From Flavobacterium sp. (GTDB lineage: Bacteria > Bacteroidota > Bacteroidia > Flavobacteriales > Flavobacteriaceae): a stretch of DNA of 64,000 nt. How positions within the stretch are numbered: position 1 is the first letter of the stretch; each line of letters starts with the position of its first letter. Under the pieces are notes generated by a model, which was not told where the DNA came from, ran no database searches, and saw only the letters and a program-made list of their open reading frames with translations. Of the stretch, positions 9,185 through 17,127 are shown piece by piece. Both the position numbers and the translations under genes were made by a program. Location of the stretch: the NCBI RefSeq assembly GCF_046293665.1, contig NZ_JBKBOL010000007.1, positions 83,950 through 147,949 on the forward strand, written 5' to 3'.

Positions 9185-10243
9185 TTACATCTGATACACA
9201 ATCGCATTCACATTCATTCCGGCACCAACAGAAGCAAAAAGAATCACATCGCCTTTTTGAAGGGAATGACCTTTCAATTCTCCTTTTACCAATAAGTCAT
9301 AAAGTGTTGGAACAGTAGCCACACTTGAGTTTCCTAATTTATGGATACTCATCGGCATGATATCATCGGGAGTTGTTTGCCCGAACAGTTTGTAGAATCT
9401 TTGAACGATGGCTTCATCCATTTTTTCGTTGGCTTGGTGAATCAAGACTTTTTTGATGTTGCTGATGTCAATACCGCTGGCTTCTACGCATTCTTTCATG
9501 GCTTTGGGTACCTGACTTAAAGCAAATTCATAGATTTTTCTGCCGTGCATTTTGATATAACGCACATCAGGATCATGGTCTTTATTGAAAGAGTTGCCAA
9601 AGAACAAATAATAAGCTTCATCATAAGTGAAAGTGGCAGAAGCATGGGCTAAAATTCCGCCATCATCTTCTGTAGCTTCAATAATTGTAGCACCTGCGCC
9701 ATCGGAATAAATCATGCTGTCGCGGTCGTGCATGTCGACTACACGAGATAAAGTTTCGGCACCGATAACCAGGCATTTTTTAGCCATTCCGGCTTTGATA
9801 AAAGCTTGTGCTTGGATTACACCTTCCACCCAGCCCGGACAACCAAAAAGCATATCGTAGCAAACACATTTTGGGTTTTTGATACGCAAATCAAATTTTA
9901 CTCTCGTAGCCAAACTCGGCAATAAATCGGTTTGAATGGCGCCTTTTTTTACGTTTCCGAAGTTGTGTGCAAAAATGATATAATCTAAAGTTTCAGGGTC
10001 AATGCCTGAGTCTTCAATGGCTTTTCGTGCAGCAATAGTGGCAATGTCCGAAGTTTGTAAATCATCCGTTACATAGCGGCGTTCTTCGATACCCGTGATG
10101 TCGTAAAATTTCTCAGTTATGACTTCATTCGGCAGCGGAAACGGTGTGCCATCATCATTAAGGAAAACGTGCTTGGTAAAGTCTGTATTGGTAACTATTT
10201 CAGTAGGGATATAACTTCCTGAACCCGTAATTTTTATGTTCAT
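9185..10243 (-). CDS. 3-oxoacyl-ACP synthase III (KAS III/FabH family)
   Basis: 352 aa with the catalytic triad context 'FGCPGW' (Cys), 'IHQANEK' (His) and 'GNSSVATV' (Asn). Confidence 0.85.
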   Translation of the reverse strand: MNIKITGSGSYIPTEIVTNTDFTKHVFLNDDGTPFPLPNEVITEKFYDITGIEERRYVTDDLQTSDIATIAARKAIEDSGIDPETLDYIIFAHNFGNVKKGAIQTDLLPSLATRVKFDLRIKNPKCVCYDMLFGCPGWVEGVIQAQAFIKAGMAKKCLVIGAETLSRVVDMHDRDSMIYSDGAGATIIEATEDDGGILAHASATFTYDEAYYLFFGNSFNKDHDPDVRYIKMHGRKIYEFALSQVPKAMKECVEASGIDISNIKKVLIHQANEKMDEAIVQRFYKLFGQTTPDDIMPMSIHKLGNSSVATVPTLYDLLVKGELKGHSLQKGDVILFASVGAGMNVNAIVYQM

Positions 10244-10363
10244 TGCTTTATGATTTCATTACTAAATTATTAATAAATTTTTTCAAGAGTGACTGTTTTT
10301 TTGAAATTTTGAAATAATTATGAAATGTTTATCAAAAGTTGGTTAAAATTATAAATACGATAA

Positions 10364-10747
10364 TTAATTGGTGTTCTGCTGCGCAATTTTTATCTGCATG
10401 ACGGTAGCAATACTCAAGGCTTGGGTTTTAATTTGTTCCGCTTTTTGACCTTTGAAATTCTCATCTACCGTGTTATAAAAATGGTTTAGCCAAATCTTGA
10501 ATAACTCAGGTGTTAACTGTTCTTTGGTGTTGATATCTAAATGAATTTGGGTTAAATTCTTGGTATAGCCACCGGTCCCCAAAATGGCTTGCGACCAAAA
10601 GGTCACTAAAATAGGCAAGTGCTCTTCGATTTTTATTTTGACTACGTCGGTGAAAATATAACTGATGGAATTGTCAGCCAACAGTTTTTTGTAGAACTCA
10701 TCTACCAATAAGTATAGGTCGTTTTGGTTTTGGATGTCTTGCATCAT
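10364..10747 (-). CDS. Group III truncated-hemoglobin-like globin
   Basis: About 127 aa, helical, starting 'LVDEFYKKLLAD...' in the style of truncated globins. The ATG at 10747 is preferred over the GTG at 10762. Confidence 0.55.
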   Translation of the reverse strand: MMQDIQNQNDLYLLVDEFYKKLLADNSISYIFTDVVKIKIEEHLPILVTFWSQAILGTGGYTKNLTQIHLDINTKEQLTPELFKIWLNHFYNTVDENFKGQKAEQIKTQALSIATVMQIKIAQQNTN

Positions 10748-10814
10748 TTCTTTATTTGGCACAAAAATAAAACTTTACAAGTTCAGATTTCCTGACTAAA
10801 ATCAGTTTTAAAAG

Positions 10815-10847
10815 AAAAGGTTCCAAATTCAAAACTTGAAACCTTTT
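10815..10847 (-). terminator. Putative intrinsic terminator of gcvP
   Basis: aaaaggtt/aacctttt arms flank a 17-nt loop, with a U-rich tail on the minus strand. It lies 35 nt past the gcvP stop. Confidence 0.4.
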
Positions 10848-10881
10848 ATTAATTACTAGTCACTAATGACTAATTACGCTA

Positions 10882-13725
10882 TTACATATACGCTTCAATC
10901 GGCGCACAAGAACAAACTAAGTTTCTGTCACCGTAAGCATCATCTACACGACGCACGCTTGGCCAGAATTTGTTTTCATGAACATAATCTAAAGGATAAG
11001 CCGCTTGTTCGCGAGTATATGGGTAAACCCAAGTATCATCGGTTAACATAGCTAAAGTATGAGGCGCATTTTTCAAGACATTATTACTGTCATCCGCTGA
11101 AGCCGCTGCTATTTCTTTTCTAATCGAAATCAAAGCATCGCAAAAACGATCTAATTCGGCTAAGTCTTCAGATTCGGTTGGTTCTACCATTAAAGTTCCG
11201 GCTACCGGGAATGAAACCGTTGGTGCGTGGAAACCGTAATCCATCAAACGCTTAGCGATATCTGTAACTTCGATACCGTTTTGTTTGAAAGCACGACAAT
11301 CTAAAATCATTTCGTGTGCTGCGCGTCCCATTTCTCCGGAATATAAAACCGGATAATGTTCTTCTAAGCGGGCTTTCATATAGTTAGCATTCAAAATCGC
11401 ATGTTCTGTCGATTTTTTTAAGCCTTCAGCACCCAACATGGTGATGTATCCATAAGAAATTAAACACACTAAAGCCGAACCATAAGGTGCAGCAGAAATA
11501 GCTGTAATTCCTTGTTCGCCACCAACTTTGATAATAGGATTGGTTGGTAGAAACGGTACTAACTTTTCATTGACACAAATAGGACCAACACCAGGTCCGC
11601 CACCACCGTGAGGAATTGCGAACGTTTTGTGCAAGTTTAAGTGACAAACATCAGCACCAATCGTGGCCGGATTGGTTAAGCCAACTTGCGCATTCATATT
11701 GGCACCATCCATATAAACCAAGCCACCATTGTCGTGGATGATTTTGGTGATTTCGCAAATAGCGCTTTCAAAAACACCGTGAGTAGAAGGGTAAGTTACC
11801 ATCAGTGCCGAAAGATTATCTTTATGCTCAATAGCTTTGGCTCTTAAATCTTCTACATCAATATTACCGTTTTCCATGGTTTTGGTTACGATGATTTGCA
11901 TACCTGCCATAGCCGCAGAAGCCGGATTGGTTCCGTGAGCTGAGGATGGAATCAAACACACATTTCTGTGGTTATCGCCACGAGATTGGTGGTAAGCACG
12001 AATTGCCATCAAACCGGCGTATTCACCTTGTGCACCGGAATTCGGTTGCAAAGTAGTTCCGGCAAAACCGGTCACAACATTCAATTGTTGCTCTAATTTT
12101 TTAAGCATCGTGATGTAACCTTCAGCTTGTTCGATAGGAGCAAATGGGTGAATACTGTTCCAATTCGCCATAGATAAAGGCAACATTTCTGCGGCAGCAT
12201 TGAGTTTCATCGTACAAGAACCTAACGAAATCATCGAGTGGTTTAACGACAAATCTTTGCGTTCTAATTTTTTGATATAACGCATCAACTGAGATTCAGA
12301 ATGATGGTTGTTGAAAACATCGTGCGTTAAGAACTCTGATTTTCTGATTAAAGTATCAGGAATCATTTTCAAATCTTCAAATTGACTAATTTTCAAATTA
12401 GATTTTCCGGTTGCTTCTGCAAAAATCGCTATGATTTGGTTCAAGTCGTTTAAGGAAGTGGTTTCATTTACAGAAATTGAAATAGTTCCACCATCTACAT
12501 AGAAGAAATTTACTTCGTGTTTTTCTGCAATTGCTCTTACTTTTGAAGCATCTGCTTTTACGGAAATCGTATCAAAGAAAGCAGTATTCGTTTGGTAAAC
12601 ACCTAATTTATTTAACGCATCGGCCAAAGTCACAGCTGAAGCATGTGTTTTATTGGCGATGTATTTTAATCCTTTTGGGCCGTGATACACCGCGTACATT
12701 CCGGCCATAACGGCTAGTAACACTTGTGCTGTACAAATGTTTGAAGTAGCTTTTTCACGTTTGATGTGTTGCTCGCGAGTTCCTAAAGCCATGCGCAAAG
12801 CACGTCTTCCGTTAGCATCGATAGAAACACCGATGATTCTTCCCGGCATGGAACGTTTGTATTCTTCTTTCGTGGCAAAGTATGCCGCGTGTGGTCCGCC
12901 GTAACCCATTGGAATACCAAAACGTTGAGTAGTTCCAACTACCACGGCAGCGCCCATTTCTCCCGGAGAAGTTAATTTGGCTAAGGATAAAATATCAGCA
13001 GCCACCGCTACTTTAATTTCGTTTTCATTGGCTTTAGTAATAAAAGCACTGTAATCGTTTACTTGACCATATTTCCCCGGATATTGTAAAATGGCTCCGA
13101 AGAAGTCAGTCGAGAAATCAAAAGTTTCGTGGTTGCCCACTACTAATTCTACTCCGATTGGTGTAGAACGTGTTTGTAAAACCGATAAAGTTTGGGGTAA
13201 AATTTCTTCAGAAACGAAGAATTTACAAACATTATTTTTCTTTTGGTCACGTGTACGAACATCAAACAACAAGGCCATAGCTTCTGCTGCAGCCGTTCCT
13301 TCGTCTAACAAAGAAGCATTGGCAATTTCCATTCCGGTCAACTCGATAACCATGGTTTGGAAATTCAAAATCGCTTCTAAACGACCTTGAGCAATTTCGG
13401 CTTGATAAGGCGTGTAGGCAGTATACCAACCCGGATTTTCAAAAATATTTCTTTGAATAACGGCCGGAACAATCGTTGGATGATAACCCAAACCGATGTA
13501 GGATTTGAATACTTTATTTTTTTTGCCCAATTCTTGAATATGCGTTAAATACTCATATTCGGTCATGGGTGCGTCAAGATTCAGGTCGTTTTTCAAACGA
13601 ATGTCATCCGGAATGGTTTCGTAAATTAATTGGTCAAAAGATTCGACTCCGATAGTTTTGAACATGTGGTTTAGGTCGCTCTCACGTGGACCTATGTGGC
13701 GTAATGCAAATGCGTCTGTTCTCAT
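10882..13725 (-). CDS. gcvP: Glycine dehydrogenase (decarboxylating), single-chain P protein
   Basis: 947 aa. Full-length similarity to GcvP is recognisable, for example '[11 protein letters not shown]' and '[16 protein letters not shown]' (PLP-Lys region). Confidence 0.95.
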   Translation of the reverse strand: MRTDAFALRHIGPRESDLNHMFKTIGVESFDQLIYETIPDDIRLKNDLNLDAPMTEYEYLTHIQELGKKNKVFKSYIGLGYHPTIVPAVIQRNIFENPGWYTAYTPYQAEIAQGRLEAILNFQTMVIELTGMEIANASLLDEGTAAAEAMALLFDVRTRDQKKNNVCKFFVSEEILPQTLSVLQTRSTPIGVELVVGNHETFDFSTDFFGAILQYPGKYGQVNDYSAFITKANENEIKVAVAADILSLAKLTSPGEMGAAVVVGTTQRFGIPMGYGGPHAAYFATKEEYKRSMPGRIIGVSIDANGRRALRMALGTREQHIKREKATSNICTAQVLLAVMAGMYAVYHGPKGLKYIANKTHASAVTLADALNKLGVYQTNTAFFDTISVKADASKVRAIAEKHEVNFFYVDGGTISISVNETTSLNDLNQIIAIFAEATGKSNLKISQFEDLKMIPDTLIRKSEFLTHDVFNNHHSESQLMRYIKKLERKDLSLNHSMISLGSCTMKLNAAAEMLPLSMANWNSIHPFAPIEQAEGYITMLKKLEQQLNVVTGFAGTTLQPNSGAQGEYAGLMAIRAYHQSRGDNHRNVCLIPSSAHGTNPASAAMAGMQIIVTKTMENGNIDVEDLRAKAIEHKDNLSALMVTYPSTHGVFESAICEITKIIHDNGGLVYMDGANMNAQVGLTNPATIGADVCHLNLHKTFAIPHGGGGPGVGPICVNEKLVPFLPTNPIIKVGGEQGITAISAAPYGSALVCLISYGYITMLGAEGLKKSTEHAILNANYMKARLEEHYPVLYSGEMGRAAHEMILDCRAFKQNGIEVTDIAKRLMDYGFHAPTVSFPVAGTLMVEPTESEDLAELDRFCDALISIRKEIAAASADDSNNVLKNAPHTLAMLTDDTWVYPYTREQAAYPLDYVHENKFWPSVRRVDDAYGDRNLVCSCAPIEAYM

Positions 13726-13798
13726 TAAATGGTAAGTTCTAAAAGTGTGTTTAGTTGTGCGTGTTTTGTTAGAAAACGAGTTGGTTTTTTAACGCCAA

Positions 13799-13806
13799 CA
13801 AAAGTA
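13799..13806 (-). promoter_or_regulatory. Candidate Bacteroidota -7 box (TACTTTTG) for gcvP
   Basis: Exact TAnnTTTG on the minus strand, 73 nt upstream of the ATG. Confidence 0.35.
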
Positions 13807-13904
13807 ATTATTAATGTTCTAATTTTGTGCTAAACAAAGTCTAATATTTTGAGAATTTTTTAACCAAAAAGGCCTCTTATTAACACTTTGCTTACTTTTG
13901 AGTT

Positions 13905-14702
13905 ATGCTATTTTTAAAACGACTTCTCGACTTTTACATCAACAGCAGTATTCATGTGGGTTTGGCTTTGTTTTCTTTGACTTATGTTACGGCCTTTTCT
14001 AATGAATTGTGCCGACACATTACTTATCCCAGTTGTGTTTTATTTGGAACAATTATAGGGTATAATTTTTTGAAATATTTTGAGGTTTTTAGAACGGGTA
14101 AATTCTATTCTATTAAATATTACGGAATTGTTTTGGTTTGTCTTGTCTCTGTTTACGGATTTTATTTTTTCTTTAAAAGGATGGTCTATCCGATTCAGCT
14201 TCAAATTTTTATTGCCGGAACATTGGTTTTGATTTATCCGCTGCTGAGAAAGTATGGTGTTTTTAAAATGTTTTTTGTCAGTTTCGTAATCGCTTATTTG
14301 ACCGCTTTTGTTTTTATCAATGATTTGCCTGCTTACAAAGGAATCGCTGTACTTGAGTTTTTTAAACGATTTGTTTTCATCAGTGCTTTAATGATTCCGT
14401 TTGAAATTTATGACAGCCAACATGATGATAAAACGCTGAATACTTTACCTCAAAAATGGGGTATCGCTACTGCAAAAAAAGTTGGATATTTATTGCTAAT
14501 ATTGTTCGTTGTTTTAGAGATTGTCAATTTTAATATCAATAACAATGTCAAATTTCAATATTTGTTGATGGCTGTTGTTATTGCTTTTTTAGTTGCTATG
14601 GCCATTCGTTTTTCAACTACAGAAAGAAGCAGGTATTTTACTTCCTTTTGGACGGAAAGTATCCCGATATTGTGGTTTTTTTTAATCTTGATTTTCAGCT
14701 AA
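13905..14702 (+). CDS. Polytopic membrane protein with one UbiA-like Asp-rich motif
   Basis: 265 aa with about 8 hydrophobic helices. 'YDSQHDDKTLNTLPQKWG' resembles the second DxxxD...TL...G motif of UbiA prenyltransferases, but I found no first Asp-rich motif. Confidence 0.55.
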   Translation: MLFLKRLLDFYINSSIHVGLALFSLTYVTAFSNELCRHITYPSCVLFGTIIGYNFLKYFEVFRTGKFYSIKYYGIVLVCLVSVYGFYFFFKRMVYPIQLQIFIAGTLVLIYPLLRKYGVFKMFFVSFVIAYLTAFVFINDLPAYKGIAVLEFFKRFVFISALMIPFEIYDSQHDDKTLNTLPQKWGIATAKKVGYLLLILFVVLEIVNFNINNNVKFQYLLMAVVIAFLVAMAIRFSTTERSRYFTSFWTESIPILWFFLILIFS

Positions 14703-15137
14703 ATTTTTCAGTATTCTATTTCTTTTCGATAGTAAATTTTCCAAATGTTTTCGGAGAAGTATTTTGTTGAATAATTTGCCGACAATTCCAAATGGAACTT
14801 TGTATTGCAAAAAATCAATCATTGCAGTATGGCCGTTTTGAGTCACAAAAGTATGCTCGTGGCGGAAGTATTTAAACTGACCTTTGATCATCTCATCCAC
14901 AAAATAATTGGGCGATTCCATTTCGGTAATTTGGCTTTGGTGTTTCAGATAGAAACCAAAGTGTTTGCCTCGAAAAGTAACCGTTTCTCCGAGTTCAATC
15001 AAACCCGAAGTTCTTCCGGCAATGGCCTTTTCATTGGATTGCACCATTGATTGTTGGTGTACATCAATGTTTCGGGCCAAATCAAAAACAGTTTGAATCG
15101 GTGCGTTTATTTTGGTGATGAGACGAATGGTGGTCAT
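14682..15137 (-). CDS. SRPBCC (START/polyketide-cyclase-like) ligand-binding family protein
   Basis: 151 aa. 'INAPIQTVFDLARNIDVH' followed by a beta-rich core is typical of SRPBCC. Its 3' end overlaps the convergent gene by 21 nt. Confidence 0.65.
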   Translation of the reverse strand: MTTIRLITKINAPIQTVFDLARNIDVHQQSMVQSNEKAIAGRTSGLIELGETVTFRGKHFGFYLKHQSQITEMESPNYFVDEMIKGQFKYFRHEHTFVTQNGHTAMIDFLQYKVPFGIVGKLFNKILLRKHLENLLSKRNRILKNLAENQD

Positions 15138-15148
15138 GGGTTTAACTT

Positions 15149-15529
15149 TTAGGCAATCACATTTTGTTGGATTTGATTTTCTCTGGCTTTTCTTTTACCT
15201 CTGAAGAAGAAATACAGATTTAGGAATAACATTAAGCCAAGATAAATAGTAAAGCCTCCGATTTTATAGCTCAGTTTTTCGATTAAAAGTTGATAAGAGT
15301 TATTGTAAAGATTCATTTCTAAAATCATCAAAGCAAAGCCAAGATTGAGCAAATAAAATCCGGTTTCAAAAAGTTTGTTGGTGGCATTGGCAATTTCTTC
15401 TCTGCCTTTAAAAATGTCCAACATGTATATTTTACTGTTTTTGAAAAGTGTTTTAGAAACATAATAGGTAAGAAACAATACGATAGGTAAATAAATTGCG
15501 TAACCGATTAAAATTTTTGAAGTTTCCAT
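15149..15529 (-). CDS. Small 4-TM membrane protein (paralog A)
   Basis: 126 aa. It shares 'IGYAIYL', 'N..IY' and 'G(F/Y)YLLN(L/I)G(F/Y)' with the next gene. Confidence 0.65.
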   Translation of the reverse strand: METSKILIGYAIYLPIVLFLTYYVSKTLFKNSKIYMLDIFKGREEIANATNKLFETGFYLLNLGFALMILEMNLYNNSYQLLIEKLSYKIGGFTIYLGLMLFLNLYFFFRGKRKARENQIQQNVIA

Positions 15530-15541
15530 GATAATGAGTAT

Positions 15542-15886
15542 TTAAATTATTTTTTGAATGTATTTGGTAAGAACGTATAGGTTGATGTAATGCATAAGGG
15601 CAATTGTCCCGATAATAATCGCCGATTTTAGGGCAATGACCTCAATTAGTTGGTCGAAAGTCACTATTTTTTCCCAAGAAATTAAGGTCATGGCACAGTA
15701 GCCAATGTTCAGTAAGTAATAACCCAACAATAATACTTGATTGATTTTATGACACAACTCTATATGGTCGGGAATGAGTTGGGCGACATAAATATTGCCA
15801 TTTTGGTAGCAAATTCGGCCTACTTTGACAATGATAACAATGGTTATCGATAAGTAGATGGCGTAACCAATGATGTTGAGGTTCAT
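15542..15886 (-). CDS. Small 4-TM membrane protein (paralog B)
   Basis: 114 aa, a paralog of 15149-15529. It has an ATGA start/stop overlap with the upstream gene. Confidence 0.65.
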   Translation of the reverse strand: MNLNIIGYAIYLSITIVIIVKVGRICYQNGNIYVAQLIPDHIELCHKINQVLLLGYYLLNIGYCAMTLISWEKIVTFDQLIEVIALKSAIIIGTIALMHYINLYVLTKYIQKII

Positions 15887-16221
15887 GATGCTAATTTTTT
15901 ATAAATGATAAAGGATAAAAAAGCGGCTAAAAGTATCGGAATTAGGAATAGAAAATATGTTAAGTAATCTGAATAGAAACAATTCATATTAAAATACCAC
16001 AAGGAGAAGAATAAGATAACAAGTGATAAATAAGTTATAATAAATTTATTTTTGGGTTCAATAATTAAGATAAATAAAGATAGGATTACCTGAATAAAAC
16101 CTGTTATCATGGTAGAATAAAGAGAATATATTATTGAAACCTCTTTGTATATAGGATATGTTATTAGAATCAAAAATGGCAATCCAATTGCAAATGAGTT
16201 TAAGTGTTTAATGATTTTCAT
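15883..16221 (-). CDS. Small multi-TM membrane protein
   Basis: 112 aa, very hydrophobic. It is the first gene of the operon that follows the palindromic operator. Confidence 0.6.
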   Translation of the reverse strand: MKIIKHLNSFAIGLPFLILITYPIYKEVSIIYSLYSTMITGFIQVILSLFILIIEPKNKFIITYLSLVILFFSLWYFNMNCFYSDYLTYFLFLIPILLAAFLSFIIYKKLAS

Positions 16222-16237
16222 AATTATTTATTATTTT

Positions 16238-16263
16238 AAACTTTCAGAAAAAAATGAAAGTTT
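16238..16263. promoter_or_regulatory. Perfect palindrome AAACTTTCA-N8-TGAAAGTTT (candidate operator)
   Basis: 9-bp perfect inverted arms, 16 nt upstream of the ATG at 16221. A near-identical copy sits at 16898-16923. Confidence 0.6.
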
Positions 16264-16368
16264 TGATTAAAAAAAAGGTTATTTAATTCGTTTTTTTTCT
16301 ATTGTTTTTTATCTGTCTCATTGAATAGCCAATACAACTTCTTTTTTAATATCTAATTTTTGAATTGG

Positions 16369-16872
16369 CTATTTCATAAATTTTAATAAAATTTGTGCCA
16401 ACCAGTTGTCTTTGTATTCGGTCATCTTGTCTAAAACGTTGTCGGCTTTCAAAACAAAATCATACAATTTGGTGGTTTGTTCTACGAAATGTCTTTCTTC
16501 CGCTGTACCGTCAGCTTCGATAGAAGAGACTTCTTTCAGCACTTTTAAAGCTGGTTTGATTTCTCGTTTGCTGCGTTCTTTGGAGATTTTTACGGCCAAT
16601 TCATCTAAGTCTTTTTCGGCAGTGAAATATTCTCTGCGTTCCCCGGTTTTGTATTCTTTGTAAACAATGCCCCAATCCATCAAAGCTCTTAAGTTCATGC
16701 TGGCATTGCCACGAGATATTTGCAATTCCTCCATAATGTCTTCCATTGAAACGGCTTCGTTTGAAACCATCAATAAGGCATGAATTTGCGCCATGGTTTT
16801 GTTGATGCCCCATTGCGAACCTAATGCACCCCAAGTTTGAACGAACTTATTTTTTGCTTCTCTGAATTCCAT
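16369..16872 (-). CDS. GbsR/MarR-family winged-helix transcriptional regulator
   Basis: 167 aa. 'QWGINKTMAQIHALLMVSNEAVSMEDIMEELQISRGNASMNLRALMDWGIV' is the typical GbsR-type wHTH. Confidence 0.8.
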   Translation of the reverse strand: MEFREAKNKFVQTWGALGSQWGINKTMAQIHALLMVSNEAVSMEDIMEELQISRGNASMNLRALMDWGIVYKEYKTGERREYFTAEKDLDELAVKISKERSKREIKPALKVLKEVSSIEADGTAEERHFVEQTTKLYDFVLKADNVLDKMTEYKDNWLAQILLKFMK

Positions 16873-16876
16873 AAAT

Positions 16877-16884
16877 CAAAGGTA
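16877..16884 (-). promoter_or_regulatory. -7 box TACCTTTG only 4 nt upstream of the regulator ATG
   Basis: Exact TAnnTTTG on the minus strand, followed by the spacer 'attt' and the ATG at 16872. Confidence 0.4.
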
Positions 16885-16897
16885 AATAAAAGTTTTT

Positions 16898-16923
16898 AAA
16901 CTTTCAAAAAAAAATGAAACATT
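16898..16923. promoter_or_regulatory. Second copy of the operator-like palindrome (AAACTTTCA-N8-TGAAACATT)
   Basis: 25 of 27 nt match 16234-16260. It lies 26 nt upstream of the regulator ATG, in the divergent region shared with the 17128 gene. Confidence 0.55.
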
Positions 16924-17021
16924 CTGATATTTTTTTATTTTTCCCTAAAATGAAGCTTTGTTTAAAAAAAGAAATGTTTTTTTTATTTAACGATTTTCTT
17001 GTGTAAAAACCATCAAGATTG

Positions 17022-17029
17022 TAAATTTG
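17022..17029 (+). promoter_or_regulatory. Candidate -7 box (TAAATTTG) for the 1348-aa gene
   Basis: Exact TAnnTTTG, 98 nt upstream of the ATG at 17128. Confidence 0.3.
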
Positions 17030-17127
17030 TTGAAAATAAATCACTCTTAGAGTTAAATAGGTTTTATTGGTTTTTAAAAGCTGTAAAACAGCATAATTTA
17101 GCTCTGTTAACTAAAAATTATTAAACT

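Noticed and set aside
13091-13390. 99-aa ORF antisense to gcvP
   Set aside because: gcvP is unambiguous along its full length. The antisense ORF has no start context or motif.
13726-13904. Possible glycine riboswitch upstream of gcvP
   Set aside because: I looked on the minus strand for the conserved glycine-aptamer core (GGAGAG...CACCG...GGGCAA-type elements) and found nothing similar. The leader is AT-rich and unstructured.
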